DNA from: a virus
Lineage: Duplodnaviria > Caudoviricetes
IMG/VR virus record: IMGVR_UViG_3300032247_000689
Location: 1-64,000 of that record
Reading direction: 5' to 3' (one strand)
Length of the DNA: 64,000 nucleotides
Of this stretch, positions 10,505-19,692 are shown piece by piece; the stretch's first letter is position 1; the number at the start of each line of letters is the position of its first letter. A model generated the notes under the pieces. It ran no database searches, was not told where the DNA came from, and saw only the letters and a program-made list of their open reading frames with translations. The translations under genes and the position numbers were made by a program.

Positions 10505-11322
10505 TTACAGCCCGTGCCCTAGGTGCGTACGTCTACCTGAAGACCACAGGGGCTCCTGTGAGCGCTGAGAGCCTTTCTAAGGCATTCCCTGAGGGGCGTA
10601 AGGCTTTCCTGACCGTCCTTAAGGAGCTGAGAGACCTTGGGCTAATAACCACGTCCCGTCAGATAGTAAACGGCAAGTATGTAACTCAGTCATATGTCTC
10701 TGATGGGAGTCCCAAAACGGCACTCCTGTTACAGCAGACACAGCTGAATACAAATATAAACAATATTACTTATTCATTTATAAGCAAGAAAGAGTACCTT
10801 GGAGAACCAAGGGGAGACGAGAACATGAGCGATTACGAACCAAGCCCTATGTATTTGGAGCCTGAAGAAAAGGCAGAGTACGTTCGCAAGATGCGCGAGA
10901 AGCGTCAGGCTGAGCACCGTGATATGAAAGCTGCAGAGGCTCAAGAACGCATTGAGGCTAAGAAAGCTTTAACCCCAGCAGACTGGAACTCAGACGATTC
11001 TGCATATCATTTTGCAGAACAGATGGCGTTGAACTGGCATATCAAACCTTGGTTAACTGCTCGCACTCGGTTTAAAGCCGCGTTTGGTCAAGCTCGCAAG
11101 ACCCACGGCACCACTGGTGATATAGAGTTAAAGATGATGGATAGGTTCTTTGATAGGTTAGCGCATCAGAAAAACGCCGATGACCCTGAGATTATCTGGA
11201 AGATGTTTATTAAGCAGTACAGTTCGCTTCTCGTAGACGTCATGCGCGCTACGGTTACTGATGTAGATGTTCAAGTTGCTCAAGAGCTAGCTGATAAACA
11301 GTGGGGAGATTTAGATGTATGA
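10501..11322 (+). CDS. Putative replication initiator (N-terminal wHTH)
   Basis: ARALGAYVYL...EGRKAF...LKELRDLGLI; precedes DnaC-like ATPase. Confidence 0.6.
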   Translation: MITARALGAYVYLKTTGAPVSAESLSKAFPEGRKAFLTVLKELRDLGLITTSRQIVNGKYVTQSYVSDGSPKTALLLQQTQLNTNINNITYSFISKKEYLGEPRGDENMSDYEPSPMYLEPEEKAEYVRKMREKRQAEHRDMKAAEAQERIEAKKALTPADWNSDDSAYHFAEQMALNWHIKPWLTARTRFKAAFGQARKTHGTTGDIELKMMDRFFDRLAHQKNADDPEIIWKMFIKQYSSLLVDVMRATVTDVDVQVAQELADKQWGDLDV

Positions 11323-12001
11323 CCTGTCAGAGTTATCCAACGTACGTCGTATGTGGATAAAGATGGCTAATGTTCCTGCAGCACGAAGTGGTTGGTTGTT
11401 AGATGACTGCAAAGATGTAGACGCAACCACCGTTGAGCGCATTCGTACCTGGATTAAATCAGTTAACGCTGGTGAAGTTATCCGCGCATCTAGCAGTAGG
11501 GGGTGCGGTAAAGGTGTTTTACTTTGGGGAGAGCCTGGCCACGGTAAGACAACGCTTGCTCTTGCAACTATTCAAGAGATACTTACTACGTTTAAGTTAG
11601 AGCCGTTTAAGGTTGAAACTAATCACGTACTTCTGCGCCCATGTTATTTTACAACCTTCAATGACATCTTAGACCTTAAAGGTAAGACGATGGATAACGA
11701 GGCTACAGAAGATGAACAGCTCATCTTTAAAGGCATGTTAGGTGAATGCGATAACGACGCATATAACATCCGTATTCTTATTATTGATGACCTAGGAAAA
11801 GAACATAGGTCTCTATCAGGTTGGCAGAGCAACATGTTTCACCACGTATTGCGCACACGGTTTAATCACGGATTGCCTACTATAGTTACCACCAACGTTG
11901 AGTTAAAGCACTGGGCTGCTGCCTATGGCGATGCTACAGAAAGCTTTGCTAACGAAGCGTTTAGATATCTACCAGTCATTACATCGGATTTAAGAAAGTG
12001 A
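11315..12001 (+). CDS. DnaC/IstB-like helicase loader ATPase
   Basis: Walker A GEPGHGKT, LIIDDLGKE, PTIVTTN. Confidence 0.85.
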   Translation: MYDLSELSNVRRMWIKMANVPAARSGWLLDDCKDVDATTVERIRTWIKSVNAGEVIRASSSRGCGKGVLLWGEPGHGKTTLALATIQEILTTFKLEPFKVETNHVLLRPCYFTTFNDILDLKGKTMDNEATEDEQLIFKGMLGECDNDAYNIRILIIDDLGKEHRSLSGWQSNMFHHVLRTRFNHGLPTIVTTNVELKHWAAAYGDATESFANEAFRYLPVITSDLRK

Positions 12002-12306
12002 GCGCCAACGTGAAAGCCAATCGCCTAGTCCAAGTATTTTTGAGCCAAGCTCAAACTCCTGGGCCAGGGATATACGAGGTATCTACCGATAACGACGGCA
12101 ACTTGTCATGTACATGTCCTGGGTTTAAAGGGCGCAAAACATGCAAACACATTAAATACGTTCAAGCAAAGATTGACAATAACAACGGCAGTTACCCATT
12201 AGAGATATCAAGCCGCGCTACTGAAGAAGAGGCAATGGAGGCTAAGACGTCTGCTGAAGCTTTTCGTGACTTCATCATTAAGTACGGGAAAATAGAGGTT
12301 TTCTAA
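11998..12306 (+). CDS. SWIM zinc-finger protein
   Basis: CTCPGF...CKH. Confidence 0.8.
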   Translation: MSANVKANRLVQVFLSQAQTPGPGIYEVSTDNDGNLSCTCPGFKGRKTCKHIKYVQAKIDNNNGSYPLEISSRATEEEAMEAKTSAEAFRDFIIKYGKIEVF

Positions 12307-12714
12307 TTGCGCAACGGGGATATTAGTAACGAGTTGCCTAAGCGCATCTTAGTTACTACAGACATGATATTAAATGTAGAAGTAAGAACCGAGAAGAAGT
12401 TTAAACTCTTTAAGATTCCTAAAGTAAGTAAGAGCTTACGCCGTGAGGCTGCAAGCCAGCTTTACTTAATTGCTACGCGCCGTGAGATAACTCTTGAGTT
12501 AATCTCATTTGATTTAGAAGAGGACCAGCTTAGTAGCATTATGGATTGGCTCGACACTGTAGGTACTAATCCATTTAGATATTACTCAGTGTATGAATCG
12601 ATTAATCATCTTGTCAAAGAGTTACCGTTTAGACCAGAGATTGTTGGAGTACTAGACTTGCCGCAGAATCTGCTACGGTACGGTCATTGGGGATTGGATA
12701 TAGGCAGCCTATGA
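12307..12714 (+). CDS. Hypothetical protein
   Basis: Tightly packed ORF in replication operon (TTG start). Confidence 0.6.
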   Translation: MRNGDISNELPKRILVTTDMILNVEVRTEKKFKLFKIPKVSKSLRREAASQLYLIATRREITLELISFDLEEDQLSSIMDWLDTVGTNPFRYYSVYESINHLVKELPFRPEIVGVLDLPQNLLRYGHWGLDIGSL

Positions 12715-13943
12715 ACAACGAATCAAAGTTACTTAGCAAAGTAATTGAGGAGCGTAACCTTGGTTACATCCTTGAGAACGGCGTAACAGACGCGTGGTTT
12801 GCCGATGACAGTGACCGACGCATCTTTACATTTATGCGTGAGCATTACGCGGAGTATCAAGAGTGTCCAAGCTTAGAAATCATTCAAGAGAACTTTCCTA
12901 CCTTTCAACTGTTGGAAGTTAATGACAACATCCAATACTTCATTGATAAGTTAATTGACAACCGCCGTAAGTCCACCATCCTTGACACCATCAGCTCAGC
13001 AATTGCTTCTGTTGAGAAAGGGCAAGACCACGAGTCCGCCCTTATGGCGATGGAACGTGGCATCATATCTTTGGAAGAGCAAGGATTAACACGCTCTAAC
13101 GATTTGGAAATCACCACTGCTGCAAAGCTGGCAAAGGAAGAGTATGAGTTCCGTAAGGCAAACCCTGGGTTGTTAGGGCTTGCTACTGGGTTCCCAACCA
13201 TTGACGGTTCTACCTCAGGTCTTCAGCCAGAGCAGTTGGTAGTTATAGTTGCTCCGCCTAAGACAGGTAAGTCAACGCTGGCGTTGCAGATTGCAGTCAA
13301 CTGCCACCTTGCTGGCAAGGTTCCTATGTTCATGTCATTTGAGATGAGTAACGCAGAGCAGAAGTCACGTTATTACGCCATGCGCGCCCGTGTTTCTCAT
13401 AAGCGGTTGATGACTGGAACGCTAACCGATGAGGAAGAGCAACGCTACTACCACATTGTTAATAGCATCCAAGATATGCGCGACAAGTTTTGGTTTGTTG
13501 ACTCTACTAACGGCCAGACTGTAAGCGCCATCGCTAGTAAGATTCAAAGCAAGAACCCTGACATCGTATTCATTGACGGTACTTACTTGATGATTGATGA
13601 GCAAACTGGGGAATCCAATACCCCACAGGCAATTACTAACATTACCCGTAGCCTAAAGCGATTGGCGCAGAAGATTAAGAAGCCAATCGTTATCTCTACT
13701 CAGGTGCTTACTTGGAAGATGCGTGGTGGTAATGTGACCGCTGACGCTATTGGTTATTCATCTTCTTTTCACCAAGATGCAGACGTTATCTTTGGTCTAC
13801 AGAAGATTGATGAGAACGTAGATGACATGAGATTGCTCCGCGTTATAGCAAGCCGTAACTCTGGATTTACTGAAGCTAGTCTGATGTGGGATTGGAATAC
13901 TGGCGCGTTTCGCGAGATGGATGAGGACGATTTAGACATATGA
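12711..13943 (+). CDS. dnaB: Replicative DNA helicase, DnaB family
   Basis: TGFPTID, APPKTGKS, SFEMS, FIDG, QDADV. Confidence 0.92.
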   Translation: MNNESKLLSKVIEERNLGYILENGVTDAWFADDSDRRIFTFMREHYAEYQECPSLEIIQENFPTFQLLEVNDNIQYFIDKLIDNRRKSTILDTISSAIASVEKGQDHESALMAMERGIISLEEQGLTRSNDLEITTAAKLAKEEYEFRKANPGLLGLATGFPTIDGSTSGLQPEQLVVIVAPPKTGKSTLALQIAVNCHLAGKVPMFMSFEMSNAEQKSRYYAMRARVSHKRLMTGTLTDEEEQRYYHIVNSIQDMRDKFWFVDSTNGQTVSAIASKIQSKNPDIVFIDGTYLMIDEQTGESNTPQAITNITRSLKRLAQKIKKPIVISTQVLTWKMRGGNVTADAIGYSSSFHQDADVIFGLQKIDENVDDMRLLRVIASRNSGFTEASLMWDWNTGAFREMDEDDLDI

Positions 13944-14866
13944 CAGTAGAAGAGATGGAAGACACTCTATCTCGTCTCGGCATTGATGTATATAACGTAC
14001 GCGGGGATGAGATACAGGCGCTATGCCCTGCTCACCTAGAGCGCACAGGAAAGACTGACAACAACCCATCGTGGTACATCAACTCTGATACTGGAGCGCA
14101 TATATGTTTCTCATGCGGTTGGAAAGGAAACGTATACGGGTTAATCTCGTATGTAACAAAGACAGATTACGATGAGGCAGGGAAGTGGTTAGGTTCTACA
14201 GAGGGCCTTGCTACACGGTTTGAACGTATCGTAAGAGCGCCTAAGCCTATTGCAGAGATTACAACTGTTACTGAATCTATGCTCAAAGCGTTTACCACAC
14301 CGCCAGACGAGGCGTTAAAAGTTAGAGGATTGACCCCCGCTGCTGCAGAAGAGTATGAGTTGCTTTGGGATGCGCGCCAAAAGAATTGGATTATTCCTAT
14401 ACGTGATGCCCGTACACATAAGCTTATGGGTTGGCAGGAGAAGGGGTTTGACCACCGCTACTTCAATAACAAGCCTGCGGGTATAAAGAAAAGCGATACC
14501 GTCTTTGGTTATAAACAACTAAAGAAGCGTGAAGGCCCAGTGCTTCTAGTGGAATCTCCGTTGGACGTGGTAAGGCTAGCCTCTCTTGGTTACTGTGGTG
14601 TAGCTGCCTTTGGGGCTATTGTCTCCAGCGCTCAGTTTAATCTTATTCGCAGTGCGCCTAACCTTATCTTTGCTTTAGACAACGATGACGCTGGGCGCAA
14701 ATCATCTAAAAACCTACTGATGTTGGCTAAGGCTATGCATGTCGAGGCTAAGTTCTTTAACTACTCAAGCACGGAGATGAAAGATGTTGGCGGTATGAGC
14801 CTTGGTGAGATAGAGTGGGGCATCAATAACGCACGGCATATATTACGAGGAGAACGAGCAATATGA
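13940..14866 (+). CDS. dnaG: DNA primase (Zn finger plus TOPRIM)
   Basis: CPAH...CFSC; VESPLD; LDNDDAG. Confidence 0.9.
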   Translation: MTVEEMEDTLSRLGIDVYNVRGDEIQALCPAHLERTGKTDNNPSWYINSDTGAHICFSCGWKGNVYGLISYVTKTDYDEAGKWLGSTEGLATRFERIVRAPKPIAEITTVTESMLKAFTTPPDEALKVRGLTPAAAEEYELLWDARQKNWIIPIRDARTHKLMGWQEKGFDHRYFNNKPAGIKKSDTVFGYKQLKKREGPVLLVESPLDVVRLASLGYCGVAAFGAIVSSAQFNLIRSAPNLIFALDNDDAGRKSSKNLLMLAKAMHVEAKFFNYSSTEMKDVGGMSLGEIEWGINNARHILRGERAI

Positions 14867-15747
14867 AACGATTAGCATTTTTACTAGTACTACTACTGGC
14901 GCCTGTGACGGCTGTCCACGCAGACCAACCAAAGACAATTGCTGTGATTGACTCAGGCGTCAACACCGCTTTGTTTACTAACATTGTTACTGAGGTATGC
15001 ATCCTTGAGTACTCCAACTGCGCTAACGGCAAACCATTTATGGAGGGCGCTGGTGCGGCAAACACTGGAGTTACTACCAATACCACGCTTACACACGGCA
15101 CAGAGATGTTGTCTATTATCAATAAGGTCAACCCAGCTGTTGGCTTAATCCCTATACGTATTGTTGGTATTACCGACAAAGGCAACCCTTATATCTACTC
15201 CAACAACGCAGTAAAGATGGGCCTTGATTGGGTAGTAGCAAACAGGGTTAAGTACAACATCGTGGCGGTCAACGTTTCTCAAGGAAAGATATTTGCTGGA
15301 TGTCAGGTACCAGACGGTACTGCGCAGGATGTGGCAATCCTTAAGGCAAACAACGTTGCTGTTATTGCTGCCTCTGGAAACGATAGCAACCGTACATCCA
15401 TGCATTCTATTGCTTGTCTACCTGACGTCGTCTCTGTAGGCGCTACGGATAACCCAGACCCAACCGCACAAGGTCTTACTTACGACCCAACAGCAAAGCC
15501 TTACATTGCTCGCTATAGCAACGGTAACGCTCAGACTAGTTTCTATCTCAACGCTCGTTGGATTACCGCACAGCCAAACGGCACTACACGCTTTACTGTG
15601 GGAACTTCTAACTCCAGCGCAGCAATGACGGCGTGGTGGGTAATGAACTTACAAAAATCCTGGACGGATACATATAACAAGGCAGTAGCCTCCTCTACCA
15701 CAGCAAGTAATGAGTGGCTAAGCGGAAAGTATATTCAACTGCCGTGA
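14863..15747 (+). CDS. Secreted subtilisin-like (S8) serine peptidase
   Basis: Signal peptide; VIDSG (D), HGT (H), ASGN, GTS (S). Confidence 0.85.
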   Translation: MKRLAFLLVLLLAPVTAVHADQPKTIAVIDSGVNTALFTNIVTEVCILEYSNCANGKPFMEGAGAANTGVTTNTTLTHGTEMLSIINKVNPAVGLIPIRIVGITDKGNPYIYSNNAVKMGLDWVVANRVKYNIVAVNVSQGKIFAGCQVPDGTAQDVAILKANNVAVIAASGNDSNRTSMHSIACLPDVVSVGATDNPDPTAQGLTYDPTAKPYIARYSNGNAQTSFYLNARWITAQPNGTTRFTVGTSNSSAAMTAWWVMNLQKSWTDTYNKAVASSTTASNEWLSGKYIQLP

Positions 15748-16307
15748 TTATTGGGTTAACTGGATATAGTCGTAGTGGTAAAGACACTGTAGCCAAGACT
15801 CTTACAGAGATGCATGGGTACACCCGCATTGCTTTTGCAGATAAGATTCGTGATTATCTTTATGAGATGAATCCACTTATTGACAACATAGCGGGTGAAC
15901 CTATCTTCTTAAAAGAACGGGTCAACCGTGATGGGTGGGACACCGCAAAGAGCTCTCCACATGTTCGCCGTACTCTGCAGAACGCAGGTGTGGCTGCCCG
16001 TAAAATCTTTGGCGATTCTTTTTGGATTTATCAAGCTCTATCTGATGTGCGACCTCAAGATAAGACGGTAGTAACTGACGTACGCTTTAAGAACGAAGCT
16101 AACTGGATTAAAGACTTTGGCGGTCAGATATGGCGCGTAGAACGTGATGGCATAGCCGCTATCAATAACCATATTTCTGAAAGCGAGATGGATAGTTATC
16201 CTGTGGATTTTACTATCGTTAACAACGGTACACTTGAAGAGCTGGAGGCTATTGTGACCTCTAGGGTAATGAACCTATTACATGAACAACAGATGGACTT
16301 TGAATGA
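15744..16307 (+). CDS. Deoxynucleoside monophosphate kinase
   Basis: IIGLTGYSRSGKDT, FADKIR, TDVRFKNE, HISE. Confidence 0.88.
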   Translation: MIIGLTGYSRSGKDTVAKTLTEMHGYTRIAFADKIRDYLYEMNPLIDNIAGEPIFLKERVNRDGWDTAKSSPHVRRTLQNAGVAARKIFGDSFWIYQALSDVRPQDKTVVTDVRFKNEANWIKDFGGQIWRVERDGIAAINNHISESEMDSYPVDFTIVNNGTLEELEAIVTSRVMNLLHEQQMDFE

Positions 16308-17893
16308 CCTTTACAGGTACGTTACTTCCTTACCAGCCTGAGGCGGTAGACAAGATGTGCGACCGCACAAAGATGCTTGTTGCCTATGACCTTGGGTTGG
16401 GTAAGACTGTTCTCACCATTGCTGCCATAGAACGATTGATGGATGAGACCAAAGTGACCGAGCCTGGCCTTATAATTTGTCTATCCTCACTTAAATATCA
16501 GTGGGCTAATCAGATAGAGAAATTTACAAGTGGAACTTCACGAGCTTTGGTCATTGATGGAACGCCAAAGAAAAGAGCAACCCAATACGAAGAGGCCATG
16601 GATTGGCGGACGTCGGGGGTTGACTACATTGTTCTCAACTACGAGCAAGTTGTTAATGACTGGGAGCAAGTACGACACCTCCCGCGCGGATTCGTTGTCC
16701 TTGATGAAGCAACCGCCATCAAGTCCTTCAGGTCAAAACGCTCTAAACAAGTAAAGAAGCTTAGTACTTCACCATATAGATTTGCGCTTACAGGTACTCC
16801 TATTGAAAATGGAAAACCTGAGGAGCTATATAGCATCATGCAGTTTGTAGACCCTACTGTGTTAGGTAGGTTTGACATCTTTGATGCAGCGTTTATCGTT
16901 CGTAACTCTTGGGGCGGTGTTCAGCATTACCGCAACTTACCTACACTTCATAACAAGATGAAGGAAGCATCAGTACGTAAAGCGCAAAAAGACCCTGATG
17001 TTGCCCCGTATTTACCAGATGCTATTCATAAAGAACCAATCCATATCTACTTAGACCGTAAAAGCGCTAAGTTATATCACCGTATAGTCAATGATTTGAT
17101 TATGGATTTAGATGAAGCTCAAGCTTTGTTTGGTACATCTTTTAATATCCTTGCCCACTACGGCGTAGAGTCACAGCGTGGTGGCCCAGAAGATGAGATG
17201 CGTGGCAAGATTATGTCCAAGATTGGCGCTCTTAAGATGATGTGTTCTCATCCTAAACTTATTGAGACAAGCGCTAACAAGTTTGCACAGATGAACGGTG
17301 AAGGGTCCGCCTATGCCGCTAGGCTTATGGAAGAGGGCGCCCTTGACGGATTATCAACTTCCACTAAGTTTGATTACTTAATCCAATACGTTAATGATTT
17401 CTTAGAACAAGACGATAACAATAAGGTTGTTATCTTTGCTACTTACGTAGATATGCTCGATATGATTATTGCTGAGCTTGGTAAAGACCGCTGCAGGCTT
17501 TACTCAGGGCGCCTTGACGCTAAGACTAAAGAAGCAAACAAAACAGATTTTAATACCAACCCAGAGGTTCGAGTTCTTATCTCCAGCGATGCTGGTGGGT
17601 ACGGCGTTGATTTGCCTGCGGGAAACCTACTCATTAACTATGACCTGCCTTGGTCAGCTGGTCAAGCAACGCAGAGAAATGGCCGCATTGTTCGCGCCTC
17701 TAGTGACTTTAAATCAGTTGTTGTGCAAGACATCATTGTTGCTGGGAGCATTGAGGTGCGCCAGTATGAGGCGTTGAGCCAGAAGAATGCCCTTGCTGCA
17801 GCCGTCATTGATGGGGAAGGAATAGACGATAAGGGCGGCATTGCAATGAGTGTGGGCAGTTTAAAGCAGTTCCTAAACTCATCCATCGTATAA
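16304..17893 (+). CDS. SNF2-family helicase
   Basis: DLGLGKT, LDEA, ALTGTP, GGYGVDL, QRNGRIVR. Confidence 0.9.
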   Translation: MTFTGTLLPYQPEAVDKMCDRTKMLVAYDLGLGKTVLTIAAIERLMDETKVTEPGLIICLSSLKYQWANQIEKFTSGTSRALVIDGTPKKRATQYEEAMDWRTSGVDYIVLNYEQVVNDWEQVRHLPRGFVVLDEATAIKSFRSKRSKQVKKLSTSPYRFALTGTPIENGKPEELYSIMQFVDPTVLGRFDIFDAAFIVRNSWGGVQHYRNLPTLHNKMKEASVRKAQKDPDVAPYLPDAIHKEPIHIYLDRKSAKLYHRIVNDLIMDLDEAQALFGTSFNILAHYGVESQRGGPEDEMRGKIMSKIGALKMMCSHPKLIETSANKFAQMNGEGSAYAARLMEEGALDGLSTSTKFDYLIQYVNDFLEQDDNNKVVIFATYVDMLDMIIAELGKDRCRLYSGRLDAKTKEANKTDFNTNPEVRVLISSDAGGYGVDLPAGNLLINYDLPWSAGQATQRNGRIVRASSDFKSVVVQDIIVAGSIEVRQYEALSQKNALAAAVIDGEGIDDKGGIAMSVGSLKQFLNSSIV

Positions 17894-17900
17894 TTGTCTA

Positions 17901-18053
17901 ATGCCTAACGCGCCTAAGACACCCACACGTACTATCCGTGTTGGGGATGAGCTCTGGAAAGAAGTCCAGAAGAAGGCTGCTTTAGAAGGCGTCACTGTCA
18001 CCAGCGTTATTATCGACGCGCTGGAGAAGTATGTCGCGCTTGACAACAAGTAA
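17901..18053 (+). CDS. Ribbon-helix-helix DNA-binding protein (50 aa, missing from ORF track)
   Basis: MPNAPKTPTRTIRVGDELWKEVQKKAALEGVTVTSVIIDALEKY; leaderless TATAAT-N6-ATG. Confidence 0.8.
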   Translation: MPNAPKTPTRTIRVGDELWKEVQKKAALEGVTVTSVIIDALEKYVALDNK

Positions 18054-18068
18054 GTAGTCCTTTAGATT
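18040..18068 (+). promoter_or_regulatory. SigA-type promoter
   Basis: TTGACA-N17-TAGATT. Confidence 0.7.
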
Positions 18069-18086
18069 ATTCCCAAGGGGGTAATC

Positions 18087-18488
18087 ATGGACGCAAATGC
18101 CATAAAGAAATACGCAAAACAATTCATTACACTTAGGGACGAAGTTGGTGTTTTAACTACTCGTCAAACAGAGCTCAAGACTCGCATTATGAAAGAGCTT
18201 GATAACGCTGAGGCTGATATGAACGGCCATCGCGTATACGAATTCACCGATGAAAACTTTGGTGATATTAAGTTAACCAAACAGCGCCGAGTATCCAAGT
18301 CACTTAATATGGACGTGGCAGAGGACATCCTAACCCGTAAGGGAATCAAAGATACTTGTATTAAGATGGTGCCTGTGTTAGATGAAGGCGCCATTATGTC
18401 CGCTTTCTACGAAGGTTATCTAACCGAAGAAGAGATTGACGCTATGTTCCCAGCAAAGGAGAGCTACGCGTTCTTGGTAAATAAATGA
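18087..18488 (+). CDS. Hypothetical protein (coiled-coil N-terminus)
   Basis: ORF with SD downstream of promoter. Confidence 0.65.
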   Translation: MDANAIKKYAKQFITLRDEVGVLTTRQTELKTRIMKELDNAEADMNGHRVYEFTDENFGDIKLTKQRRVSKSLNMDVAEDILTRKGIKDTCIKMVPVLDEGAIMSAFYEGYLTEEEIDAMFPAKESYAFLVNK

Positions 18489-18955
18489 ACGAAGACTTCA
18501 TTGATAAAAGTTTTGCTGACCTGGAAGAGTTTTATCCAGGCAGTAAGCGTAAGCGCAAACCAGTAGTGGCTAAGGAGCCTGAAGTAAAGCCTGACTCCAA
18601 TTGGGATTCAAAGCCTTACAAGAAAACATTACCCAATGGCAGAGACCTTGAGATGTTTACTATTGGAGCACTTGCGTCCGCTGTAGGGCGACCTGTCATA
18701 ACCATTAGGTCATGGATAAAAGCAGGGTACTTGCCCGCGTCTCCATATCGTCTACCCTCAACTAAAGATATCAACGGCGATGACCATGCAGGCAGACGCC
18801 TGTATTCACGTGCCATGGTAGAAGCTTTAGTAGACATCTTTAACAGGGCTGGACTTATGGAGACAAAGCGTATAGAATGGTCTATGCACCGACATCTCCC
18901 ACAAGAGATTGTCGAGGCATGGAATGAAATCCGTGCAAACGAAACTAAAAACTAA
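18485..18955 (+). CDS. MerR-like HTH DNA-binding protein
   Basis: FTIGALASAVGRPVITIRSWIKAGYLP...RRLYS. Confidence 0.75.
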   Translation: MNEDFIDKSFADLEEFYPGSKRKRKPVVAKEPEVKPDSNWDSKPYKKTLPNGRDLEMFTIGALASAVGRPVITIRSWIKAGYLPASPYRLPSTKDINGDDHAGRRLYSRAMVEALVDIFNRAGLMETKRIEWSMHRHLPQEIVEAWNEIRANETKN

Positions 18956-18968
18956 CAGAAAGAAACAC

Positions 18969-19625
18969 ATGGCAATTAACAGAACAGACACTTATGTCCC
19001 AGAAAATGATGAGTTCACAATTGATGCTCGTCCAGAACAATCAACAAGCACAGCAATCAGTTCAGGCTGGGCTGCTGCTGAGATTCAACCAGCAACATAC
19101 GCTGAAGAGTTTAAGTTCAGCGAAACTAACTATCAAGTAGTTAAGTTCCTTGATGAAGACGGTCCTTTTGCGGTTTACCGCCAGCACTTCCTTACACAGA
19201 AGACTGAGGGCAAGCGCTCTTACATTTCTCTTGGGCCTAACGACCCACTATGCACAAAGCTTCACAGCAAGCCAGAAGAAAAACGCGCCTTCTCAGTTCT
19301 GAACCTCAGTGCACCAGGCGGACCTACACGTCAAATTCTTGTAGCAAGCCCTCGTTTGTTTAAATCCCTACACGCAGCACACTTCTCGCCTCAGGGCCCA
19401 TTGAATAAAAACTATTGGGCACTCAGCCGTTCAGGTAAGATGCAGACAACCACTTACCACATCAACCCAGTTAAGTCTCGCGACCTTATGGAAGACTGGA
19501 ACATTGATGAAGCAGCCGCTGAGAAGGCAGTTGCAAGCGCAGTGCCGTTTACACGCGCTGACCTAAAAGAACCTACATGGGAAGAACTTGAAGCAGTCGC
19601 AGCTTCACTTTCATCCGCGTTCTAA
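18969..19625 (+). CDS. Single-stranded DNA-binding protein (gp32-like)
   Basis: VKFLDEDGPF..YRQHF motif; precedes DNA polymerase. Confidence 0.65.
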   Translation: MAINRTDTYVPENDEFTIDARPEQSTSTAISSGWAAAEIQPATYAEEFKFSETNYQVVKFLDEDGPFAVYRQHFLTQKTEGKRSYISLGPNDPLCTKLHSKPEEKRAFSVLNLSAPGGPTRQILVASPRLFKSLHAAHFSPQGPLNKNYWALSRSGKMQTTTYHINPVKSRDLMEDWNIDEAAAEKAVASAVPFTRADLKEPTWEELEAVAASLSSAF

Positions 19626-19635
19626 CAACTAAGAT

Positions 19636-19681
19636 GCTGGAGGGCTAGGGCAACTATCCCCTGCCCTAGCCTTTCCAGTTT
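19636..19681 (+). terminator. Hairpin, likely terminator
   Basis: GCTGGAGGGCTAGGGCA...TGCCCTAGCCTTTCCAGT. Confidence 0.6.
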
Positions 19682-19692
19682 AGGGGGATTAT

